NCBI GenBank assembly: GCA_043228905.1
Contig: JBHGNT010000017.1
Location: 18,972,001-19,036,000 of the forward strand
Direction of reading: 5' to 3'
Origin: Azolla caroliniana
Taxonomy: Eukaryota > Plantae > Polypodiophyta
DNA length: 64,000 bases
Position 1 is the stretch's first letter. Each line of letters opens with the position of its first letter. A model generated the notes under the pieces. It did no database searches. It was not told the origin of the DNA and was given only the letters and a program-made list of their open reading frames with translations. The position numbers and the translations under genes were made by a program. This document shows, piece after piece, positions 22,501-36,964 of this stretch.

Positions 22501-25500
22501 GATGAGCGCGTGAGTAAATTAAAATGTTAATACCTCTCTCTTGTGATATCGGACTTTTGTGTTCAAACATGCGAATCGAAGCTAACAATACTAGCTATTA
22601 TATGGAATTAAAAAATCTAGAATTTGAAACTCAGGTCGAGAGACATGAAGAAATTAGCAAATTTGAGGAGGGAGTTGAGAAGAGGGCGTGAGTAAATTCA
22701 AATGTTCATACCTGGCTCGTGTGATATCAGATTTTAGTGTTCAAACATGCGAATCGAAGCTAACATCACTAGCTATGATATCGATTTCCAAAATCAAGAT
22801 TTTGAAACTTAGGTCGAGAGACATGAAGAAATTAGCAAATTTGAGGGGGGAGTTGAGATGAGCACGTGAGTAAATTAAAATGTTAATACCTCTCTCTTGT
22901 GATATCGGACTTTTGTGTTTAAACATGCGAATCGAAGCTAACAATACTAGCTATTATATGGAATTAAAAAATCTAGAATTTGAAACTCAGGTCGAGAGAC
23001 ATGAAGAAATTAGCAAATTTGAGGAGGGAGTTGAGAAGAGGGGGTGAGTAAATTCAAATGTTCATACCTGGCTCGTGTGATATCAGATTTTAGTGTTCAA
23101 ACATGCAAATCGAAGCTAACATCACTAGCTATGATATGGATTTCAAAAATCAAGATTTTGAAACTCAGGTCGAGAGACATGAAGAAATTAGCAAAATTGA
23201 GGAGGTAGTGGAGAAGAGCTCGTTCAGAAATGAAAATGTTGATACCTGGGTCATGTGATATCGGATTTTAGTGTTCAAACATGCGAATCGAAGCTAACAA
23301 GACTAGCTATGATATGAAAACTAAAAAATGAAGAGTTTGAAACTCAGGTCGAGAGAAATGAAGACATTAGCAAATTAGAGGAGGGAGTGGAGAAGAGCTT
23401 GTTTGGAAATGAAAATGTTCAGACCTGGATCGTGTGATATCGGAGTTTTGTGTTCAAACATGCGAATCGAAGCTAACAACACTAGCGTTTATATAAAATT
23501 AAAAAATCGAGAATTTGAAACTCAGGTCGAGAGACATGAAGAAATTAGCAAATTTGAGGAGGGAGTTGAGAAGAGGGCGTGAGTAAATTCAAATGTTCAC
23601 ACCTGGCTCGTGTTATATCGGATTTTAGTGTTCAAACATGTGAATCGAAGCTAACATAACTAGGTATGATATGGATTTCAAAAATCAAGATTTTGAAACT
23701 CAGGTCGAGAGACATGAAGAAATTAGCAAATTTGAGGGGGGAGTTGAGATGAGCGCGTGAGTAAATTAAAATGTTAATACCTCTCTCTTGTGATATCGGA
23801 CTTTTGTGTTCAAACATGCGAATCGAAGCTAACAATACTAGCTATTATATGGAATTAAAAAATCTAGAATTTGAAACTCAGGTCGAGAGACATGAAGAAA
23901 TTAGCAAATTTGAGGAGGGAGTTGAGAAGAGGGCGTGAGTAAATTCAAATGTTCATACCTGGCTTGTGTGATATCAGATTTTAGTGTTCAAACATGCGAA
24001 TCGAAGCTAACATCACTAGCTATGATATCGATTTCCAAAATCAAGATTTTGAAACTTAGGTCGAGAGACATGAAGAAATTAGCAAATTTGAGGGGGGAGT
24101 TGAGATGAGCTCGTGAGTAAATTAAAATGTTAATACGTCTCTCTTGTGATATCGGACTTTTGGGTTCAAACATGCGAATCGAAGCTAACAATACTAGCTA
24201 TTATATGGAATTAAAAAATCTAGAATTTGAAACTCAGGTCGAGAGACATGAAGAAATTAGCAAATTTGAGGAGGGAGTTGAGAAGAGGGCGTGAGTAAAT
24301 TCAAATGTTCATACCTGGCTCGTGTGATATCAGATTTTAGTGTTCAAACATGCGAATCGAAGCTAACATCACTAGCTTTCAAAAATCAAGATTTTGAAAC
24401 TCAGGTCGAGAGACATGAAGAAATTAGCAAAATTGAGGAGGTAGTGGAGAAGAGCTCGTTAAGAAATTAAAAAATGAAGAGTTTGAAACTCAGGTCGAGA
24501 GAAATGAAGAAATTAGCAAATTAGAGGAGGGAGTGGAGAAGAGCCTGTTTGGAAATGAAAATGTTCAGACCTGGATCGTGTGATATCGGATTTTTGTGTT
24601 CAAACATGCGAATCGAAGCTAACAACACTAGCGTTTATATAGAATTAAAAAATCGAGAATTTGAAACTCTGGTCGAGAGACATGAAGAAATTAGCAAATT
24701 TGAGGAGGGAGTTGAGAAGAGGGCGTGAGTAAATTCAAATGTTCATACCTGGCTCGTGTGATATCGGATTTTAGTGTTCAAACATGCGTATCGAAGCTAA
24801 CATAACTAGGTATGATATGGATTTAAAAAAGCAACATTTTGAAACTCAGGTCGAGAGACATGAAGAAATTAGCAAATTAGAGGAGGGAGTGGAGAAGAGC
24901 TTGTTTGGAAATAAAAATGTTCAGACCTGGATCGTGTGATATCGGATTTTTGTGTTCAAACATGCGAATCGAAGTTAACAACACTAGCTATTATATAGAA
25001 TTAAAAAATCGAGAATTTGAAACTCAGGTTGAAAGACATGAAGAAATTAGCAAATTTGAGGAGGGAGTTAAGAAGAGTGCGTGAGTAAATTGAAATGTTA
25101 ATACCGGTCTCGTGTGATATCGGATTTTTGAGTTCAAACAGGCAAATCGAAGCTAACAACACTAGCTATTCTATGGAATTAAAAAATCGACAATTTGAAA
25201 CTAAGGTTGAGAGACATGAAGAAATTAGCAAATTTGAGGAGGGTGTTGAGAAGAGGGCGTGAGTAAATTCAAATGTTCATACCTGCCTCGTGTGATATCG
25301 GATTTTAGTGTTTAAACATGCGAATCGAAGCTAACAACACTAGCTATGATATGGAATTAAAAAATTAAGATTTTGAAACTCAGGTCCAGAGACATGAAGA
25401 AATTAGTAAATTTGAGGAGGTAGTGGAGAAGAGCTCGTGAGTAAATTGAAATGTTCATACCTGGCTCGTGTGATCCCGGATCGTGCGTAAATTGAAATAT

Positions 25501-28500
25501 TCATACCTGGCTCGTGTGATCCCGGATTGTTGTGTTCAAAGCTGTGAATCGAAGCTCACAACACTAGCTATGATATGGAATTAAAAAATCAAGAATTTGA
25601 AACTCAGGTCGAGAGACATGAAGAAATTAGCAAATTTGAGGAGGTAGTGGAGAAGAGCTCGTTCAGAAATGAAAATGTTGATACCTGGGTCATGTGATAT
25701 CGGATTTTAGTGTTCAAACATGCGAATCGAAGCTAACAAGACTAGCTATGATATGAAATTAAAAAATGAAGAGTTTGAAACTCAGGTCGAGAGAAATGAA
25801 GAAATTAGCAAATTAGAGGAGGGAGTGGAGAAGCGCCTGTTTGGAAATGAAAATGTTCAGACCTGGATCGTGTGATATCGGATTTTAGTGTTCAAACATG
25901 CGAATCGAAGCTAACAACACTAGCGTTTATATAGAATTAAAGAATCGAGAATTTCAAACTCAGGTCGAGAGACATGAAGAAATTAGCAAATTTGAGGAGG
26001 GAGTTGAGAAGAGGGCGTGAGTAAATTCAAATGTTCATACCTGGAACGTGTGATAACGGATTTTAGTGTTCAAACATGCGAATCGAAGCTAACAAAACTA
26101 GCTATGATATAGAATTAAAAAATCAAGATTTTGAAACTCAAGTCCAGAGACATGAAGAAATTAGCAAATTTGCTGAGGGAGTTTAGAAGAGCTCGTGAGT
26201 AAATTGAAATGTACATACCCGGCTTGTGTGATTCTGGATTTTAGTGTTCAAAGATGCGAATCGAAGCTCACAACACTAGCTATGATATAGAATTAAAAAA
26301 TCTAGAATTTGAAACTCAGGTCGAGAGACATGAAGAAATTAGCAAATTTGAGGAGGTAGTGGAGAAGAGTTCATTAATAAATGAAAATGTTCATACCTGG
26401 CTCATGTGATATCAGATTTTAGTGTTCAAACATGCGAATCGAAGCTAACAACACTAGCTATAATATGGATTTAAAAAATGAAGATTTTGAAACTGAGGTC
26501 GAGAGACATGATGAAATTAGCAAATTTGAGAAGGTAGTTGAGAAAAGCTCGTGAGTAAATTGAAATGTTCATACCTGGCTCGTGTGATCCCGGATTGTTG
26601 TGATCAAAGATGCGAATCGAAGCTAACAACACTAGCTATCATATGGATTTAAAAAATCAAGATTTTGACACTCAGGTTGAGAGACATGGAGAAATTAGCA
26701 AATTTGAGGAGGGAGTTGAGAAGCTCTCGTGAGTAAATTGAAATGTTCATACCTAGCTCATGTGATCCCGGATTGTTGTGTTCAAAGATGTGAATCGAAC
26801 CTCACAACACTAGCTATGATATGGAATTAGAAAATGAAGAATTTGAAACTCAGGTCGAGAGACTTAAAGAAATTAGCAAATTTGAGGAGGTAGTGGAGAA
26901 GAGCTCGTTAAGAAATGAAAATGTTCATACCCGGCTCATGTGATATCGGATTTTAGTGTTCAAACATGCGAATCGAAGCTAACAACACTAGCTATAATAT
27001 GAAATTAAAAACTCAGGATTTTCAAACTCAGGTCGAGACACATGAAGAAATTAGCAAATTAGAGGAGGGAGTAGAGAAGAGCCTGTTTGGAAATGCAAAT
27101 GTTCATACCTGGATCGTGTGATATCGGATTTTTGTGTTCAAACTCAGGTCGAGAGACAGGAAGAAATTAGCAAATTTGAGGGGGGAGTTTAGAAGAGCGC
27201 GTGAGTAAATTCAAATGTTAATACCTGTCTCGTGTGATATCGGATTTTTGTGTTCAAACATGCAAATCGAGGCTAACAATACTAGCTATTATTTGGAATT
27301 GAAAAATCAAGAATTTGAAACTCAGGTCGAGAGACATGAAGAAATTAGCAAATTTGAGGAGGGAGTTGAGAGGAGGGTGTGAGTAAATTCAAATGTTCAT
27401 ACCTCGCTCGTGTGATATTAGATTTTAGTGTTCAAACTTGCGAATCGAAGCAAACTACACTAGCTATGATATGAAATTAAAAAATCAAGAATTTGAAACT
27501 CAGGTAGAGAGACATGAAGAAATTAGCAAATTAGAGGAGGGAGTGGAGAAGAGCCTGTTCGGAAATGAAAATGTTCATACATAGCTCATGTGATATCGGA
27601 TTTTAGTGTTCGAACATGCGAATCGAAAGTAACAACACTAACTATGATATGAAATTAAAAAATCAAGAATTTGTATCTCAGGTCGAGAGACATGAACAAA
27701 TTAGCAAATTAAAGGAGGGAGTTGAGAAGAGGGCTTGAGTACATTCAAATGTTCATACCTGGCTCGTGTAATATCAGATTTTAGTGTTCAAACATGCAAA
27801 TGGAAGCTAACAACACTAGCTATGATATGGATTTAAAAAATCAAGATTTTGAAACTCAGGTCGAGAGACATGAAGAAATTAGCAAATTTGAGGAGGGAGT
27901 GTAGAAGAGCTCGTGAGTAAATTGAAATGTTCATACGTGGCTCATGTGACCCCGGATTGTCGTGTTCAAAGATGCGAATCGAAGCTCACAACACTAGCTA
28001 TGATATGGAATTAAAAAATCTAGAATTTGAAACTCAGGTCGAGAGACATGAAGAAATTAGCAAATTTGAGGAGGGAGTGTAGAAGAGCTCGTGAGTAAAT
28101 TGAAATGTTCATACGTGGCTCATTTGACCCCGGATTGTCGTGTTCAAAGATGCGAATCGAAGGTCACAACACTAGCTATGATATGGAATTAGAAAATCAA
28201 GAATTTGAAACTCAGGTCGAGAGACATGAAGAAATTAGCAAATTTGAGGAGGTAGTTGAGAAGAGCTCGTGAGTAAATTGAAATGTTCATACCTAGTTCA
28301 TGTGATGCCGGATTGTTGTGTTCAAAGATGTGAATCGAAGCTCACAACACTAGCTATGATATGGAATTAGAAAATCAAGAATCTGAAACTCAGGTCGAGA
28401 GACTTAAAGAAATTAGCAAATTAGAGGAGGTAGTGGAGAAGAGCTCGTTAAGAAATGAAATTGTTCATACCCGGCTCATGTGATATGAAATTAAAAAATC

Positions 28501-31500
28501 AAGAATTTGAAACTCAGGTCGAGAGACATGAAGAAATTAGGAAATTAGAGGAGGGAGTGGAGAAGAGCCTGTTCGGAAATGAAAATGTTCATACATAGCT
28601 CATGTGATATCGGATTTTAGTGTTCAAACATGCGAATCGAAGCTAACAACATTAACTAGGATATGAAATTATAAAATCAAGAATTTGAAACTCAGGTCGA
28701 GAGACATGAAGAAATTACCAATTTTAGGAGGGAGTTGAGAAGAGCTCGTGAGTAAATTGAAATGTTCATACGTGGCTCATGTGATATCAGATTGTTGTGT
28801 TCAAAGATGCGAATCGAAGCTAACAACACTAGCTATGATCTGAAATTAGGGTTTAGAGATGTTCATACCTGGCTCGTGTGATCCCGGATTGTCGTGTTCA
28901 TACCTGCCTCGTGTGATATCGGATTTTAGTGTTCAAACATGCGAATCGAAGCTAACAACACTAGCTATGATATGGATTTTAAAAATCAAGATTTTTAAAC
29001 TCAGCTCTAGAGACATGAAGAAATTAGGAAATTATTGAGAAAGTGGAGAAGAGCCTGTTTGGAAATGAAAATGTTCATACCTGCCTCGTGTGATATCGGA
29101 TTTTAGTGTTCAAACATGCGAATCGAAGCAAACAACACTAGCTATGATATGGATTTTAAAAATCAAGATTTTTAAACTGAGGTCTAGAGACATGAAGAAA
29201 TTAGCAAATTATTGAGGGAGTGGAGAAGAGCCTGTTCGGAAATCAAAATGTTCATACCTGGATCGTGTGATATCGGATTTTTGTGTTCAAACATGCGAAT
29301 CGAAGCTAACAACACTAGCTATGATATGTAATTAAAAAATTAGGATTTGGAAACTCAGGTCGAGAGACATGAAGAAAATAGCAAATTTGAGGAAGGAGTT
29401 GAGAAGAGCTCGTGAGTAAATTGAAATGTTCATACCTGGCTCGTGTGATCCCGGATTGTTGTGTTCAAAGATGCGAATCGAAGCTCACAAGACTAGCTAT
29501 GATATGGAATAAGAAAATCAGGAATTTGAAACTCAGGTCGAGAGACATGAAGAAATTAGCAAATTTGAGGAGGTAGTGGAGAAGAGCTTGTTGAGAAATG
29601 AAAGTGTTCATACCTGGCTCATGTGATATCGGATTTTTGTGTTCAAACATGCGAATCGAAGCTAACAACACTAGCTATGATATGAAATGAAAAAATCAAG
29701 AATTTGAAACTCAGGTCTAGGGACATGAAGAAATTAGAAAATTAGAGGAGGGAGTGGAGAAGAGCCTGTTTGGAAATGAGAATGTTCATACATAGCTCAT
29801 GTGATATCGGATTTTAGTGTTCAAACATGGGAATCGAAGCTAACAACACGAGCTATGATATGTAATTAAAAAATCAAGAATTTGTAACTCAGGTCGAGAA
29901 GCATGAAGAAATTAGCAGATTTGAGGAGGGAGTTGAGAAGAGGGCGTGAGTAAATTCAAATGTTCATACCTGGCTCGTGTGATATCAGATTTTAGTGTTC
30001 AAACATGCGAATCGAAGCTAACAACACTAGCTATGATATGGATTTTAAAAATCAAGATTTTTAAACTAAGGTCGAGAGACATGATGAATTTAGCAAATTT
30101 GAGGAGGGAGTTGAGAAGAGCTCGTTACTAAAGTGGAATGTTCATACCTGGCTCGTGTGATCCAGGATTGTCGTGTTGAAAGATGCGAATCGATGCTCAC
30201 AACACTAGCTATGATATGGAATTAAAAAATCAAGAATTTGAAACTCAGGTCGAGAGACATGAAGAAATTAGCAAATTTGAGAAGGTAGTGGAGAAGAGCT
30301 CGTTAAAAAATGAAAATGTTGATACCTGTCTAATGTGATATCGGATTTTCGTGTTCAAACATGCGTATTGAAGCTAACAAAACTAGCTATTATATGAAAC
30401 TAAAAAATCAAGAATTTGAAACTCAAGTCGAGAGACATGAAGAAATTAGCAAATTTGAGGAGGGAGTTGAGAAGAGCTCGTGAGTAAATTGAAATGTTCA
30501 TACGTGGCTCATGTGACCCCGGATTGTTGTGTTCAAAGATGCGAATCGAAGCTCACAACACTATCTATGATATGGAATTAAAAAATCAAGAATTTGAATC
30601 TCAGGTCGAGAGACATGTAGAAATTAGCAAATTTGAGAAGGTAGTGGAGAAGAGCTCTTTAAAAAATGAAAAATGTTGATACCTGGCTCATGTCATATCG
30701 CCTTTTAGTGTTCAACCATGCGAATTGAAGCTAACAACACTAGCTATTATATGAAACCAAAAAATCAAGAATTTGAAACTCAAGTCGAGAGACATGAAGA
30801 AATTAGCAAATTTTAGGAGGTAGCAAAGCAGAGTTCGTTAAGAAATGAAAATGTTTATACCTGGCTCATGTGATATCAGATTTTTGTGTTCAAACATGCG
30901 AATCGAAGCAAACTACACTAGCTATGATATGAAATTAAAAAATCAAGAATTTGAAACTCAGGTCGAGAGACATGAAGAAATTAGCAAATTAGAGGAGGGA
31001 GTGGAGAAGAGCCTGTTCGGAAATGAAAATGTTCATACATAGCTCATGTGATATCGGATTTTAGTGTTCAAACATGCGAATCGAAGTTAACAACACTAGC
31101 TATTATATAGAATTAAAAAATTGAGAATTTGAAACTCAGGTCGAGAGACATGAAGAAATTAGCAAATTTGAGGAGGGAGTTAAGAAGAGCGTGTGAGTAA
31201 ATTGAAATGTTAATACCTGTCTCGTGTGATATCGGATTTTTGTGTTCAAACATGCAAATCGAAGCTAACAACACTAGCCTTTCTATGGAATTAAAAAATC
31301 TACAATTTGAAACTCAGGTCGAGAGACATGAAGAAATTAGCAAATTTGAGGAGGGACTTGAGAAGAGGGCGTGAGTAAATTCAAATGTTCATACCTGGCT
31401 CGTGTAATATCTGATTTTAGTGTTCAAACATGCGAATGGAAGCTTACAACACTAGCTATGATATGGATTTAAAAATTCAAGATTTTGAAACTTAGGTCGA

Positions 31501-34500
31501 GAGACACAAAGAGATTAGCAAATTTGAGGAGGGAGTTGAGAAGAGTGCGTGAGTAAATTCAAATATTAATACCTGTCTCGTGTGATATCGGATTTTTGTG
31601 TTCAAACATGCGAATCGAGGCTAATAAATCTAGCTATTATATGGAATTAAAAAATTAAGAATTTCAAACTCAGGTCAAGAGACATGAAGAAATTAGCAAA
31701 TTTGAGGAGGGAGTTGAGAAGAGGGCGTGAGTAAATTCAAATGTTCATACCTGGCTCGTGTGATATCAGATTTTAGTGTTCAAACATGCGAATCGAAGCT
31801 AACAACACTAGCTATGATATCAAATTAAAAAATCAAGAATTTCAAACTCAGGTCGAGAGACATGAAGATATTAGCAAATTAGAGAAAGGAGTGGAGAAGA
31901 GCATGTTTGGAAATGAAAATGTTCATCCCTGGATCGCGTGATAGCGGATTTTTGTGTTGAAACATGTAAATCGAAGCTAACAACACTAGCTATGATATGA
32001 AATTAAAAAATCAAGAATTCGAAAGTTAGGTCGAGACACACGAAAAAATTAGCAAATTTGAGGAGGGCGTTGAGAAGAGGGTGTCAGTAAATTCAAATGT
32101 TCATACCTGGCTCGTGTGATATCAGATTTTAGTGTTCAAACATTCGAATCGAAGCTAACAACACTAGCTATGATATGGATTTTAAAAATCAAGATTTTTA
32201 AACTCAGGTCGAGAGACATGAAGAAATTAGCAAATTTGAGGAGGGAGTTGAGAAGAGCTCGTGAGTAAATTGAAATGTTCATACGTGGCTCATGTGACCC
32301 CGGATTGTTGTGTTCAAAGATGCGAATCGAAGGTCAGAACACTAGCTATGATATGGAATTAGAAAATCAAGAATTTGAAAATCAGGTCGAGAGACACGAA
32401 GAAATTAGCAAATTAGAGGAGGGAGTGGAGAAGAGCTTGTTCGGAAATGAGAATGTTCATACATAGCTCATGTGATATCGGATTTTAGTGTTCAAACATG
32501 GGAATCGAAGCAAACAACACTAGCTATGATATGTAATTAAAAAATCAAGAATTTGTAACTCAGGTCGAGAAGCGTGAAGAAATTAGTAAATTTGAGGAGG
32601 GAGTTGAGAAGAGGGCGTCAGTAAATTCAAATGTTCATACCTGGCTCGTGTGATATCAGATTTTGGTGTTCAAACATGCGAATCGAAGCTAACAACACTA
32701 GCTATGATATGGATTTTAAAAATCAAGATTTTTAAACTCAGGTCGAGAGACATGAAGAATTTAGCAAATTATTGAGGGAGTGGAGAAGAGCCTGTTTGGA
32801 AATTAAAATGTTCATACCTGGATCGTGTGATATCGGCTTTTTGTGTTCAAACATGCGAATCGAAGCTAACAACACTAGCTATGATATGGATTTAAAAAAT
32901 TAAGAATTTGAAACTCATGTCGAGAGACATGAAGAAATTAGCAAATTTGAGGAGGTAGCGGAGAAGAGTTCGTTAAGAAATGAAAATGTTCATACCTGCC
33001 TCGTGTGATATCGGATTTTAGTGTTCAAACATGCGAATCGAAGCTAACAACACTAGCTATGATATGGAATTAAAAAATTAAGATTTTGAAACTCAGGTCC
33101 CGAGACATGAAGAAATTAGTAAATTTGAGGAGGTAGTGGAGAAGAGCTCGTGAGTAAATTGAAATGTTCATACCTGGCTCGTGTGATTCCGGATTGTTGT
33201 GTTCAAATATGCGAATCGAAGCTCACAACACTAGCTATGATATGGAATTAAAAAATCAAGAATTTCAAACTCAGGTCGAGAAACATGAAGAAATTAGCAA
33301 ATTTGAGGAGGTAGTAGAGAAGAGCTCGTTAAAAAATGAAAATGTTGATACCAGGCAAATGTGATATCGGATTTTTGTGTTCAAACATGCGAATCGAGGC
33401 TAATAAATCTAGCTATTATATGGAATTAAAAAATCAAGAATTTCAAACTCAGGTCGAGAGACATGAAGAAATTAGCAAATTTGAGGAGGGAGTTGAGAAG
33501 AGGGCGTGAGTAAATTCAAATGTTCATACCTGGCTCGTGTCATATCAGATTTTAGTGTTCAAACATGCGAATCGAAGCTAACAACACTAGCTATGATATG
33601 GATTTTAAAAATCAAGATTTTTAAACTCAGGTCTAGAGACATGAAGAAATTAGCAAATTATTGAGGGAGTGGAGAAGAGCCTGTTTGGAAATGAAAATGT
33701 TCATACCTGGATCGTGTGATATCGGATTTTAGTGTTCAAACATGCGAATCGAAGCTAACAACACTAGCTATGATATGGAATTAAAAAATTAAGATTTTGA
33801 AACTCAGGTCCAGAGACATGCGAATCGAAGCTAACAACACTAGCTATGATCTGGATTTAAAAAATCAAGAATTTGAAACTCAGGTCCAGAGACATGAAGA
33901 AATTAGCAAATTTGAGGAGGTAGCGGAGAAGAGTTCGTTAAGAAATGAAAATGTTCATACCTGCCTCGTGTGATATCGGATTTTAGTGTTTAAACATGCG
34001 AATCGAAGCTAACAACACTAGCTATGATCTGGATTTAAAAAATCAAGAATTTGAAACTCAGGTCCAGAGACATGAAGAAATTAGCAAATTTGAGGAGGTA
34101 GCGGAGAAGAGTTCGTTAAGAAATGAAAATGTTCATACCTGCCTCGTGTGATATCGGATTTTAGTGTTTAAACATGCGAATCGAAGCTAACAACACTAGC
34201 TATGATATGGAATTAAAAAATAAAGATTTTGAAACTCGGGTCTAGAGACATGAAGAAATTAGTAAATTTGAGGAGGTAGTGGAGAAGAGCTCGTGAGTAA
34301 ATTGAAATGTTCATACCTGGCTCGTGTGATCCCGGATTGTTGTGTTCAAATATGCGAATCGAAGGTCACAACACTAGCTATGATATGGAATTAAAAAATC
34401 AAGAATTTGAAACTCAGGTCTAGAGACATGAAGGAATTAGCAAATTTGAGGAGGTAGTGGAGAAGAGCTCATTAAAAAATGAAAATGTTGATGCCTTGCT

Positions 34501-36214
34501 AATGTGATATTATATTTTAGTGTTCAAACATTCGAATTGAAGCTAACAAAACTAGATATTATATGAAACTAAAAAATCAAGAATTTGAAACTCAAGTCGA
34601 GAGACATGAAGAAATTAGCAAATTTGAGGAGGTAGCGGAGAAGAGTTCGTTAAGAAATGAAAATGTTCATACCTGCCTCGTGTGATATCGGATTTTAGCG
34701 TTCAAACATGCGAATCGAAGCTAACAACACTAGCTATGATATGGATTTTAAAAATAAAGATTTTTAAACTCAGGTCTAGAGACATGAAGAAATTAGCAAA
34801 TTATTCAGGGAGTGGAGAAGAGCATGTTTGGAAATGAAAATGTTCATACCTGGCTCGTGTGATATCGGATTTTAGTGTTCAAACATGCGAATCGAAGCTA
34901 ACATCACTAGCTATGATATGGATTTAAAAAATCAAGATTTTGAAACTTAGGTCGAGAGACATGAAGAAATTAGAAAATTTGAGGGGGGAGTTTACAAGAG
35001 CGCGTGAGTAAATTGAAATGTTAATACCTGTCTCGTGTGATATCGGATTTTTGTGTTCAAACATGCGAATCGAGGCTAACAATACTAGCTATTATATGGA
35101 AATAAAAAATCAAGAAATTAACAAATTTGAGGAGGGAGTTGAGAAGAGAGCGTGAGTAAATTCAAATGTTCACACCTGGCTCGTGTTATATCGGATTTTA
35201 GTGTTCAAACATGTGAATCGAAGCTAACAACACTAGTTATGATATGGATTTAAAAAATCAAGATTTTGAAACTCAGGTCGAGAGACATGAAGAAATTAGC
35301 AAATTTGAGGGGGGAGTTGAGATGAGCGCGTGAGTAAATTAAAATGTTAATACCTCTCTCTTGTGATATCGGACTTTTGTGTTCAAACATGCGAATCGAA
35401 GCTAACAATACTAGCTATTATATGGAATTAAAAAATCTAGAATTTCAAACTCAGGTCGAGAGACATGAAGAAATTAGCAAATTTGAGGAGGGAGTTGAGA
35501 AGAGGGCGTGAGTAAATTCAAATATTCATACCTGGCTCGTGTGATATCAGATTTTAGTGTTCAAACATGCGAATCGAAGCTAACATCACTAGCTATGATA
35601 TGGATTTCAAAAATCAAGATTTTGAAACTCAGGTCGAGAGACATGAAGAAATTAGCAAAATTGAGGAGGGAGTTGAGAAGACCTCGTGCGTAAATTGAAA
35701 TATTTATACCTGGCTCGTGTGATCCCGGATTGTTGTGTTCAAAGATGCGAATCGAAGCTCACAACACTAGCTATAATATGGAATTAAAAAATCAAGAATT
35801 TGAAACTCAGGTCGAGAGACATGAAGAAATTAGCAAATTTGAGGAGGGAGTTGAGAAGAGCTCGTTAAGAAATGAAAATGTTGATACCTGGGTCATGTGA
35901 TATCGGATTTTAGTGTTCAAACATGCGAATCGAAGCTAACAACACTAGCTATGATATGAAATTAAAAAATGAAGAGTTTGAAACTCAGGTCGAGAGACAT
36001 GAAGAAATTAGCAAATTAGAGGAGGGAGTGGAGAAGAGCCTGTTTGGAAATGAAAATGTTTAGACCTGGATCGTGTGATATCGGATTTTTGTGTTCAAAC
36101 ATGCGAATCGAAGCTAACAACACTAGCTTTTATATAGAATTAAAAAATCGAGAATTTGAAACTCAGGTCGAGAGACATGAAGAAATTAGCAAATTTGAGG
36201 AGGGAGTTGAGAAG
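16583..36214 (+). repeat. Copy 2 of the 19,632-bp tandem duplication
   Basis: 19633-36216 matches 1-16584. Identity stops exactly at the out-of-register junction GAGAAG-AG-TGTTCAAAC (16583-16584), whereas 36217 onward continues normally as GGCGTGAG. Inclusion of 16583-19632 in the unit is inferred. Confidence 0.85.
28846..28856 (+). other. Duplicated copy of the telomere-like tract TTAGGGTTTAG
   Basis: Identical context at offset 19,632 from 9214. Confidence 0.45.
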
Positions 36215-36964
36215 AGGGCGTGAGTAAATTCAAATGTTCATACCTGGCTCGTGTGATATCGGATTTTAGTGTTCAAACATGAGTATCGAAGCTAACATAA
36301 CTAGGTATGATATGGATTTAAAAAAGCAACATTTTGAAACTCAGGTCGAGAGACATGAAGAAATTAGCAAATTAGAGGAGGGAGTGGAGAAGAGCTTGTT
36401 TGGAAATAAAAATGTTCAGACCTGGATCGTGTGATATCGGATTTTTGTGTTCAAACATGCGAATCGAAGTTAACAACACTAGCTATTATATAGAATTAAA
36501 AAATCGAGAATTTGAAACTCAGGTCGAAAGACATGAAGAAATTAGCAAATTTGAGGAGGGAGTTAAGAAGAGTGCGTGAGTAAATTGAAATGTTAATACC
36601 GGTCTCGTGTGATATCGGATTTTTGAGTTCAAACAGGCAAATCGAAGCTAACAACACTAGCTATTCTATGGAATTAAAAAATCGACAATTTGAAACTAAG
36701 CTTGAGAGACATGAAGAAACTAGAAAAATTGAGGAGGGAGTTGAGAAGAGGGCGTGAGTAAATTCAAATGTTCATACCTGGGTCGTGCAATATCGGATTT
36801 TAGTGTTCAAACATGCGTATCGAAGCTAACAACACTAGCTATGATATGGATTTAAAAATTCAAGATTTTGAAACTTAGGTCGAGAGACACGAAGAGATTA
36901 GCAAATTTGAGGAGGGAGTTGAGAAGAGCGCGTGAGTAAATTCAAATGTTAATACCTGTCTCGT

